DNA of 24,000 nt from positions 1,027,161-1,051,160 of the forward strand of contig NC_009655.1 in assembly GCF_000017245.1 (NCBI RefSeq). The letters run 5' to 3'. A program made the position numbers and the translations under genes. This DNA comes from Actinobacillus succinogenes 130Z (GTDB lineage Bacteria; Pseudomonadota; Gammaproteobacteria; Enterobacterales; Pasteurellaceae). Below the pieces are notes generated by a model. The model worked only from the letters and a program-made list of their open reading frames with translations, was not told the origin of the DNA and did no database searches. Of the stretch, positions 1 through 5,982 are shown one piece after another (the first letter of the stretch is position 1; each line of letters begins with the position of its first letter).

Positions 1-1
1 A

Positions 2-556
2 CAGTGGCAAAAACAATTGAATGATGGCTTGACGGCTCGGGAAGTGGGCGAACTTTTCAGTAAGAATGTGTTGTATCCGATTGATAACAAAGCCAAAAAA
101 TTGATTACTCAAAGTGCGGTTGAAAACGGCATTGTTGTAGCAATCAGCCCGCTGGCTATTGTGGATATGTTGTTTTTGGCCTGGCGTAATACACGTTTGA
201 TTAATCGCATCGCCAATATTTACGGTATTGAATTAGGTTATTGGAGTCGTTTACGTTTAATGCGTATGGTGTTCATCAATATGGCATTTACCGGTGCGAC
301 GGAGCTGGTGCAGGATATAGGTTTGGATTGGTTATCACAGGATATTACCGCTAAGCTTTCCGGTCGAATCGGGCAAGGGTTGGGAGTGGGTTTATTGACG
401 GCACGACTAGGGATTAAAACTATGGAATTTTGCCGTCCGCTGACATTCAATAAGGATGAAAAACCCCGTTTAAGTCATATTCACCGGGAATTACTGACTA
501 GTCTGAAAAGCGTGGTATTGAGATCCGATAAATCCCGAAAAAAGCAAAACGTGTAA
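2..556 (+). CDS. ycjF: UPF0283/YcjF-family inner-membrane protein, C-terminal part (5' end lies left of the window)
   Basis: The frame is open from base 2, with no stop upstream of the ORF-track Met at 17, so the gene is cut by the window edge. The translation (AISPLAIVDMLFLAWRNTRLINRIANIYGIELGYWSRLRL...LLTARLGIKTMEFCRPL) closely matches my recollection of enterobacterial YcjF. Stop at 554-556. Confidence 0.8.
   Translation, partial: QWQKQLNDGLTAREVGELFSKNVLYPIDNKAKKLITQSAVENGIVVAISPLAIVDMLFLAWRNTRLINRIANIYGIELGYWSRLRLMRMVFINMAFTGATELVQDIGLDWLSQDITAKLSGRIGQGLGVGLLTARLGIKTMEFCRPLTFNKDEKPRLSHIHRELLTSLKSVVLRSDKSRKKQNV
112..120 (+). repeat. Hin-type uptake signal sequence core AAGTGCGGT
   Basis: Perfect 9-mer read directly on the + strand. 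Confidence 0.9.
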
Positions 557-630
557 AGATAAGTTGACGTATTGCTTTTACGTTTTTATTTTTTTCGGTA
601 TGATACAGAATAAATTTATCGCAGAACGAA

Positions 631-1605
631 ATGACTGAAAATAGGATACGCACATTGGCAACTGAAATAAGTTTTAATGATTTCATTACAGAAAGTCCGC
701 AAATGAAGGCGGTAGTCGAACAAGCGAAAAAATTTGCATTGCTTGATGCGCCCCTATTAATTCAAGGCGAAACGGGAACCGGAAAAGATTTATTGGCGAA
801 AGCCTGTCATCAGCACAGCGAACGTCGTCATAATAAGTTTATTGCGGTGAATTGTGCCGGTTTGCCAGGTGAAGACGCGGAAAGCGAAATGTTCGGTCAG
901 GCGAAAGGAGATAAAACAACTCAGGGCTTTTTTGAATATGCGAATGGCGGAACGGTGTTATTGGACAGTATTGCCGAGCTTTCTTTATCATTACAGGCGA
1001 AATTATTGCGCTTTCTGAACGACGGCACTTTTCGTCGGGTGGGAGAAGAGCGGGAACATTATGCGGATGTACGGGTGATTTGCACCTCACAAGTTCCTTT
1101 AGTCCGATATGTGGAACAGGGTAAGGTACGTAAGGATTTGTTTCACCGGTTAAATGTCCTCAGTCTTGAATTGCCGACACTGCATGACCGGCAGGAAGAT
1201 ATTGAACCGTTAACGAATTGGTTTGTCACGCAAATTAGTCAAAATCTGGATATTTCCCGACCGCACTTTGATCAGGCATTTATTGATTATTTAAGGAATT
1301 ATCAATGGCAGGGCAATGTGCGGGAGCTCCACAATGTTTTGTATCGCGCCTGTTCGTTGGCGGAAAATAATCAGCTTACTGTTATGGGGCTGAATTTGTC
1401 GTCGGGTAACAATCTTATTGAGAATGAATTTTTGCTTGAACGGTTCGATAATCTATCGTTAGAGCAAATTATGGCGGATTTTGAAAGCCGGCTGCTACGT
1501 AAATTCTACGCGCAGTATCCGAGCACCCGTAAAATGGCTGCACGGTTAGGTATATCCCATACGGCGATAGCCAACAAATTGAAACAATACGGAATCGGTA
1601 AATAA
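631..1605 (+). CDS. tyrR: TyrR-like transcriptional regulator, short form (AAA+ central domain plus C-terminal HTH, no N-terminal sensory domains)
   Basis: 324-aa ORF with Walker A GETGTGKD, NtrC-family central-domain blocks (GGTVLLDSI, RVICTS, RLNVLSLELPTLHDRQEDI, WQGNVREL) and a C-terminal HTH (STRKMAARLGISHTAIANKLKQYGI). There is no GAFTGA loop and no ACT/PAS N-terminus, as in the short TyrR known from Haemophilus. Confidence 0.8.
   Translation: MTENRIRTLATEISFNDFITESPQMKAVVEQAKKFALLDAPLLIQGETGTGKDLLAKACHQHSERRHNKFIAVNCAGLPGEDAESEMFGQAKGDKTTQGFFEYANGGTVLLDSIAELSLSLQAKLLRFLNDGTFRRVGEEREHYADVRVICTSQVPLVRYVEQGKVRKDLFHRLNVLSLELPTLHDRQEDIEPLTNWFVTQISQNLDISRPHFDQAFIDYLRNYQWQGNVRELHNVLYRACSLAENNQLTVMGLNLSSGNNLIENEFLLERFDNLSLEQIMADFESRLLRKFYAQYPSTRKMAARLGISHTAIANKLKQYGIGK
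1260..1268 (-). repeat. Hin-type uptake signal sequence core AAGTGCGGT
   Basis: The + strand reads ACCGCACTT, the perfect reverse complement. Confidence 0.9.
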
Positions 1606-1608
1606 AAT

Positions 1609-1642
1609 CAAAAAACCGTTGAAATCAAATTCAACGGTTTTT
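1609..1642. terminator. Bidirectional rho-independent terminator between convergent tyrR and fur
   Basis: AAAAAACCGTTGAA (1609-1622), loop atcaaa, TTCAACGGTTTTTT (1629-1642). This is a perfect 14-nt inverted repeat, so the stem is flanked by an A-run and a T-run and can serve both strands. Confidence 0.75.
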
Positions 1643-1653
1643 TGTTTCTCTGG

Positions 1654-2088
1654 TTATTTATCTTTATCGCAATGTTCGATATCGGCGCATTTTCCGTACA
1701 GATATAAACTGTGAGATTCTAACCGAATACCGTGTTCTTTGCTGACTTCTTTCTGACGTTCTTCAATAACTTTATCGTTAAATTCGAAAACTTTACCGCA
1801 GTCCACACAAATTATATGGTCGTGATGTTCCAACGGTGCCAGCTCAAAAACGGATTTGTTGCCTTCAAAATTATGGCGGGCAAGAATATGCGCTTCATCA
1901 AATTGATTAAGTACGCGGTAAACCGTTGCCAGACCGATTTCTTCCCCTTGTTCCAACAAAAGTTTATACACGTCTTCCGCTGAAAAATGCTGCATTTTAT
2001 GCGCTTGCATTAACGCTAAAATGGTGAGGCGTGGTTCGGTAATTTTTAATCCCGCTTTTTTTAATAATTTAATGTTTTCTTCCGACAT
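1654..2088 (-). CDS. fur: Ferric uptake regulator Fur
   Basis: 144 aa. N-terminal winged helix (KITEPRLTILALM), HHDH metal site, CVDCGKV and a C-terminal Cys pair (YLYGKCADIEHC). Near-collinear with E. coli Fur as I recall it. Start lies 9 nt after the fldA stop, so the two are probably co-transcribed. Confidence 0.95.
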   Translation of the reverse strand: MSEENIKLLKKAGLKITEPRLTILALMQAHKMQHFSAEDVYKLLLEQGEEIGLATVYRVLNQFDEAHILARHNFEGNKSVFELAPLEHHDHIICVDCGKVFEFNDKVIEERQKEVSKEHGIRLESHSLYLYGKCADIEHCDKDK

Positions 2089-2097
2089 AATTGCTCC

Positions 2098-2622
2098 TTA
2101 AGCAAGTTCTGCTAAGCACATCTCGTCATAAATTTGTTTTACCCAATTTTCTACGCGAGCCGAAGTCAGTTCAGGTTGACGATCTTCGTCAATGCATAAG
2201 CCGACGAAGGTATTGTCGTCAATTAGTGCGCGGGAGGCATCAAAGGTATAACCCTCCGTTGAGGTATTACCCACAATAATCGCACCGCGTGTTTCAACAA
2301 TATCGCGAATAGTACCCATGGCGTCGCAGAAATACTCCGAATAATCCTCTTGGTCTCCACAACCGAAAATAGCCACCAGTTTGTCCGTGAAATCAATTTC
2401 TTCCAGGGTCGGGAAGAAATCATCCCAGTCACATTGAGCTTCCCCGTAATACCAAGTCGGAATACCGAATAATAAGAAATCGTAAGCTTCGATATCTTCT
2501 TTCGTGCTTTTGGCGATATCGCGGATATCCACTAATTCGCTGCCTAATTGTTTTTGGATCATTTTAGCAATATTTTCCGTATTGCCCGTATCGCTGCCGT
2601 AAAATAAACCAACAATAGCCAT
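2098..2622 (-). CDS. fldA: Long-chain flavodoxin FldA
   Basis: 174 aa. FMN phosphate-binding loop MAIVGLFYGSDTGNTE, with IPTWYYGE and FGCGDQEDY blocks. The fldA-fur adjacency is the same as in enterobacteria. Confidence 0.95.
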   Translation of the reverse strand: MAIVGLFYGSDTGNTENIAKMIQKQLGSELVDIRDIAKSTKEDIEAYDFLLFGIPTWYYGEAQCDWDDFFPTLEEIDFTDKLVAIFGCGDQEDYSEYFCDAMGTIRDIVETRGAIIVGNTSTEGYTFDASRALIDDNTFVGLCIDEDRQPELTSARVENWVKQIYDEMCLAELA

Positions 2623-2631
2623 TCTGTTTAC

Positions 2632-2923
2632 CTATTTATTCTTGTTTTCTTGCTTATTAAAGTAATTTTGTAAAATGTTTTCGATTAATTCCGCCCGGCA
2701 AATGTCGAGCGTTGACGCCAATTCTTCTAATTGTCGAACTAACGAGACGTGTAATTTTAATTCTACACGTTTTTAACCCGCTTGATTTATCCCGACGGAG
2801 TTGATTCCGTTTATTAATCCGGATTTGTTGTTCCCGACTCAGCGGATTACTTCTGGGGCGTCCGACTCGGCGTTCATCCGCGAATAGATCAAGCGTAATG
2901 CAATCTGCGCTTTGTTTTGCCAT
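2632..2923 (-). pseudogene. ybfE: ybfE-like (LexA-regulated-protein/CopG-RHH family) gene with an apparent +1 frameshift in an A5 run
   Basis: From ATG 2923 the translation MAKQSADCITLDLFADERRVGRPRSNPLSREQQIRINKRNQLRRDKSSGLK matches YbfE as I recall it. After GGG TTA AAA at 2779-2771 the observed frame gives unrelated sequence (TCRIKITRLV...) and stops at 2657. Dropping one A of the AAAAA run (+ strand TTTTT 2770-2774) gives RVELKLHVSLVRQLEELASTLDICRAELIENILQNYFNKQENKNK*, stop at 2632-2634. That is the YbfE-like RHH C-terminus, and it ends 9 nt before the fldA start. Confidence 0.65.
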
Positions 2924-2946
2924 GTGTAAATTTGCTGATTTGTTAA

Positions 2947-2973
2947 AAATCATTCTCATGTTGAGAATGATTT
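2947..2973. promoter_or_regulatory. Perfect palindrome AAATCATTCTCA-tgt-TGAGAATGATTT in the leader of ybfE-fldA-fur (candidate operator or 5'-UTR hairpin)
   Basis: 12-bp arms with a 3-bp centre, read directly. It sits 24 nt upstream of the ybfE ATG (2923) and downstream of a plausible minus-strand promoter (TATAGT = + strand 2996-3001; TTAAAT = 3018-3023, 16-nt spacer). It contains ATCATT/AATGAT words that occur in Fur boxes, but in swapped arm order. Confidence 0.35.
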
Positions 2974-3037
2974 CTACTGTAAGGAATTCTCATGGACTAT
3001 AGCATAATTCCCCGGGGATTTAAACTATAATCCCCGA

Positions 3038-3835
3038 TTAATTTGATTGGATAAATCTTGTGATTGCGCGGGCGACAAGTTCAGGCTTTTCCGCATGCAC
3101 CCAATGGTGTGCGCCCGCAATAGTAAATGATGTCGCCTGCGGGAATTGGGCCAGAATCGTTTCGCCGTATTGCGGCAAAATATAGTCGGATTGTCCGCCC
3201 TTGATAAACAGCACGGGGCGAGTGTAACGCACCTTTTCCCAACCCATGATTTGTGCATAGTGAGTATAAAGTGCGGTTAAATTGAAGCGCGTTTTTTGCG
3301 GCGCGGCCGCATCAAAAGATTTCAGTAAAAATTGAATGGTATCTTCGGAATTCAGATAATTCGCAAGCACGTTTTTTGCCTGTTGACGAGTTTCGACATT
3401 TGCCGTTTTCAATGCAAATAATGCCTGAAATTCCTGCGCATGCGCATTATCGTTGTGCAAGATATTATAATCAACCGGCGCAATATCGATTATCACCGCT
3501 TTTGCAATTAAATCGGGACGTTGCGCCGCCGCCGTCATGGCGGTTTTTCCTCCCATGGAATGTCCTATCAGAACGGCATCAGAAATGTTTAAATCCTCCA
3601 ATAGCCGGATTACATCCGTTGCCATTGCTGCGTAATTCATTTCGTCGGCATGAAAACTGCGCCCGTGATTACGTAGATCCGCGCGCAAAATAGAATGATC
3701 TTCCGCAAAGATTTTGGCAACGACGCCGAGGTTGTTCATGTCGCCGAATAACCCGTGCAGGAAAACTAAAACGGGGTTATGGGGGTGATTGGTAGCGGGT
3801 TGAAATTGATAATTAAGTTGTCGTTTGGTCGCCAT
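3038..3835 (-). CDS. ybfF: Alpha/beta-hydrolase esterase YbfF
   Basis: Collinear with E. coli YbfF as recalled (VLVFLHGLFG, GHSMGGK nucleophile elbow, IDIAPVDY, IQFLLKSF, GAHHWVHAEKP). The ORF track starts at a TTG (3859); I prefer the ATG at 3835 (MATKRQLNYQF...), but the start is uncertain. Confidence 0.85.
   Translation of the reverse strand: MATKRQLNYQFQPATNHPHNPVLVFLHGLFGDMNNLGVVAKIFAEDHSILRADLRNHGRSFHADEMNYAAMATDVIRLLEDLNISDAVLIGHSMGGKTAMTAAAQRPDLIAKAVIIDIAPVDYNILHNDNAHAQEFQALFALKTANVETRQQAKNVLANYLNSEDTIQFLLKSFDAAAPQKTRFNLTALYTHYAQIMGWEKVRYTRPVLFIKGGQSDYILPQYGETILAQFPQATSFTIAGAHHWVHAEKPELVARAITRFIQSN
3269..3277 (+). repeat. Hin-type uptake signal sequence core AAGTGCGGT
   Basis: Perfect 9-mer on the + strand. 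Confidence 0.9.
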
Positions 3836-3910
3836 TTTTTTTGATAGAGAATTTGTCAATAAAACGTTATAATGCGGAAAATTTGTTTCTAATTCAAGTC
3901 AGAGCTAAAA

Positions 3911-4549
3911 ATGAAGATTATTGAAGTTGACGAAGAACTCTACCAATTTATCGCAAGCCACACGCAATCTATCGGCGAAAGCGCCTCGGATATTTTGCGC
4001 CGGTTACTGAATTTACCCACTTCCAGTGTAAGTTCGGTTGCATTGGAAACGGTTGCCGTCGAATCTGCCGAAGCGGCGAATCCTGAAACGCCAAGCGCGG
4101 TGAAAAATGATTTCGTTTTAGAGCCGGTAGCGGAGAAATCTTCGCTTGAAAAAACGGTTAAAAAACAGCCTGAGCAGGTTATTTGCCATATCGTCAACAA
4201 AGTGCGACAAGTAATTGAATCCGAAGCTTTTCAGCATGAAACTAAAGCGGTAGTGAGATTTTTGGCTATTTTGACTGCACTTTACCGTACCAATCCCGAA
4301 GGTTTTTCACTGGCGATTGAAAGCGAACAGGTACAGGGGCGTACGCGGGTTTATTTTGCCCGGGATGAAGCCACGTTATTAGCGGCGGGTACGCATACCA
4401 AACCGAAACAGATTCCGGACACGCCGTATTGGGTTATCACCAATAATAACAGCGGACGCAAAATGATTATGCTGGAAGGCGTAATGCACGGTATGCAATT
4501 GCCCGATGAGCTGATCGAAGATATCCGCGGTTACTTTATTGTGAATTGA
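3911..4549 (+). CDS. seqA: SeqA, negative modulator of replication initiation (hemimethylated GATC binding)
   Basis: The N-terminus MKIIEVDEELYQFIASHTQSIGESASDILRRLL is nearly identical to E. coli SeqA as recalled, and a C-terminal DNA-binding domain is present. Divergent from ybfF, as in enterobacteria. Confidence 0.9.
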   Translation: MKIIEVDEELYQFIASHTQSIGESASDILRRLLNLPTSSVSSVALETVAVESAEAANPETPSAVKNDFVLEPVAEKSSLEKTVKKQPEQVICHIVNKVRQVIESEAFQHETKAVVRFLAILTALYRTNPEGFSLAIESEQVQGRTRVYFARDEATLLAAGTHTKPKQIPDTPYWVITNNNSGRKMIMLEGVMHGMQLPDELIEDIRGYFIVN

Positions 4550-4563
4550 TTTCTTATATTTTT

Positions 4564-5982
4564 ATGACCACACATCCGTTTCCTTGGCAAATTAATGCCG
4601 GGTCGAGCCATAAACATAACATCGCCTTGCGGGATTTTTCGCAGGGCGAAGTTTTTACTTGGACACAATTGACGGAGAAAATTGCTTCGACGGCTGAAAT
4701 GTTGGTGGCGCAAGGCGTTAGGACTCAGTCCGGTGTTGCGTTATGCGGTAAAAACGGTTTTGCCCTGCTGTGTTGCTATTTGGCGGGATTACAACTGAAT
4801 GCGCGGGTTTTAGTCTTAAACCCGGCATTTTGCCATGAAAAACGGACCGCACTTTGCCGACAAAATGCGATTGATCTGATGATTGATTTTACGCAATCGA
4901 AATCGGTTTTCATCAAATCCGAAAACGAGAATGTTGCCGAATGCGAGTGTATTGATTCTGTATTGCCGGCTTGCACTATGACACTGACTTCCGGTTCCGC
5001 GGGTATGCCTAAAGCGGTGTTGCATTCGGTACGAAATCATTTGGATAATGCGCGGGGGGTTTGTGAATTAATGCACTTTTCCCGTGATTCGTCGTGGTTG
5101 CTTTCTTTGCCGCTATACCATGTATCGGGACAGGGAATCGTATGGCGTTGGTTATTGCAAGGTGCGGAGTTACAGTTGCCGGCTGAAGATTTTTATCACG
5201 GCGTCATAACGGCAAGTCATGCCTCGTTAGTACCGACGCAGGCGCAGCGTTTGCTGCAATATTTGGCGGAACGTACTTCGTACGGCGTGAAAAGTGCGGT
5301 CAACATTCGGCATATTTTATTGGGCGGATCGCATATTACGAAAAAAATTTCCGAAAATTTGACCGCACTTGGGATTCGAACCTATGTGGGATATGGTATG
5401 ACGGAAATGGCGTCCACTGTGTTTGCTAAAGAATATGACGGTAAAGCCGGTGTCGGTCGGCCTTTACGCGGACGTGAATTTCAGCTGGTGAATGAAGAAA
5501 TCCAATTACGCGGTGCCGGATTGGGGTTAGGGTATTGGTTAAAGGGTAAACCCGTTCCGTTGACCAATTCCGCCGGCTGGCTGCAAACTAAAGATAAAGG
5601 CGTCTGGGACGGTGAAAATTTGCAGGTTTTAGGACGCTTGGATAATATGTTTATTTCCGGCGGCGAAAACATTCAACCGGAAGAAATCGAACGGATTCTG
5701 CAACGCCATGATCAGGTTGAAGTGGCCTTTGTTTTACCGATTGACGATGAGGAATTCGGGCAGCGCCCCGTAGCCATGGTGCAATTTAAATCCTGTTTTA
5801 GCAAAAGTGCGGTCAAAAATTTACAGGTTTGGCTGGCCGACAAATTAGAGAAATTCAAACGGCCGGTGCGGTATTTTCCGCTTGATACGGCAACGCTGGC
5901 GCAACAGGGTAATATTAAACTGTCACGTGTGCGGTTAAAACAAGAGTTAAATAAGATATTAGGAATAAAATCATGCGATTAA
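4564..5982 (+). CDS. menE: o-Succinylbenzoate-CoA ligase (adenylate-forming enzyme), MenE-like
   Basis: AMP-binding motifs (TLTSGSAGMPKAV, GYGMTE, KDKG, and a late K in FKRPVRYF). Size fits MenE (~450-470 aa). The assignment rests partly on my recollection of H. influenzae gene order (menE next to the mscK/aefA homologue). Start taken at ATG 4564; ATG 4546, which overlaps the seqA stop, is an alternative. Confidence 0.75.
   Translation: MTTHPFPWQINAGSSHKHNIALRDFSQGEVFTWTQLTEKIASTAEMLVAQGVRTQSGVALCGKNGFALLCCYLAGLQLNARVLVLNPAFCHEKRTALCRQNAIDLMIDFTQSKSVFIKSENENVAECECIDSVLPACTMTLTSGSAGMPKAVLHSVRNHLDNARGVCELMHFSRDSSWLLSLPLYHVSGQGIVWRWLLQGAELQLPAEDFYHGVITASHASLVPTQAQRLLQYLAERTSYGVKSAVNIRHILLGGSHITKKISENLTALGIRTYVGYGMTEMASTVFAKEYDGKAGVGRPLRGREFQLVNEEIQLRGAGLGLGYWLKGKPVPLTNSAGWLQTKDKGVWDGENLQVLGRLDNMFISGGENIQPEEIERILQRHDQVEVAFVLPIDDEEFGQRPVAMVQFKSCFSKSAVKNLQVWLADKLEKFKRPVRYFPLDTATLAQQGNIKLSRVRLKQELNKILGIKSCD
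4846..4854 (-). repeat. Hin-type uptake signal sequence core AAGTGCGGT
   Basis: The + strand reads ACCGCACTT. Confidence 0.9.
5292..5300 (+). repeat. Hin-type uptake signal sequence core AAGTGCGGT
   Basis: Perfect 9-mer on the + strand. Confidence 0.9.
5362..5370 (-). repeat. Hin-type uptake signal sequence core AAGTGCGGT
   Basis: The + strand reads ACCGCACTT. Confidence 0.9.
5805..5813 (+). repeat. Hin-type uptake signal sequence core AAGTGCGGT
   Basis: Perfect 9-mer on the + strand. Confidence 0.9.

Noticed and set aside
238-450. Antisense or shadow ORFs inside well-supported genes. Examples: 238-450, 839-1090, 1732-1983, 2223-2432, 3376-3693, 3940-4200, 8648-9034, 9609-9875, 12374-12721, 13862-14140, 17830-18030, 19271-19495, 20425-20814, 20455-20832, 21237-21587, 23086-23391.
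   Set aside because: Each lies wholly within a longer ORF on the opposite strand or in another frame that has clear family motifs. Their translations are low-complexity or Arg/Cys/Pro-rich in the way typical of off-frame reading, and I saw no RBS or homology signal for any of them.
557-630. TyrR box or strong promoter in the ycjF-tyrR spacer (TTGACG at 567-572, TATGAT at 600-605)
   Set aside because: The hexamers are 27 nt apart, too far for a sigma-70 promoter. No TGTAAA-N6-TTTACA-like sequence aligns better than about half of its positions.
2657-2959. 100-aa ORF from the ORF track, taken at face value as a hypothetical protein
   Set aside because: Its first 12 codons lie upstream of the conserved MAKQ start. 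Its last ~50 codons are in the wrong frame relative to the YbfE-like C-terminus. It is better explained as a frameshifted ybfE-like gene (2632-2923).
2974-2990. Possible LexA (SOS) box upstream of ybfE, expected because E. coli ybfE is called LexA-regulated
   Set aside because: CTGT at 2977-2980 is followed 8 nt later by CTCA, not ACAG. No CTGT-N8-ACAG occurs in the 2924-3037 leader on either strand.
3014-3035. Hairpin GGGGATT-N8-AATCCCC just downstream of the ybfF stop, considered as a terminator
   Set aside because: The stem is only 7 bp, and on the minus-strand transcript it is followed by GGGGAATTATGC rather than a U-run. It also overlaps the putative -35 of the ybfE promoter, so I did not call it as a terminator.
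3841-3873. seqA promoter (TATAAT at 3868-3873) in the ybfF-seqA divergent spacer
   Set aside because: The -10 is perfect, but the only -35-like hexamers (TTGATA 3841-3846, TTGTCA 3853-3858) are 21 and 9 nt away. I could not support a complete promoter call.
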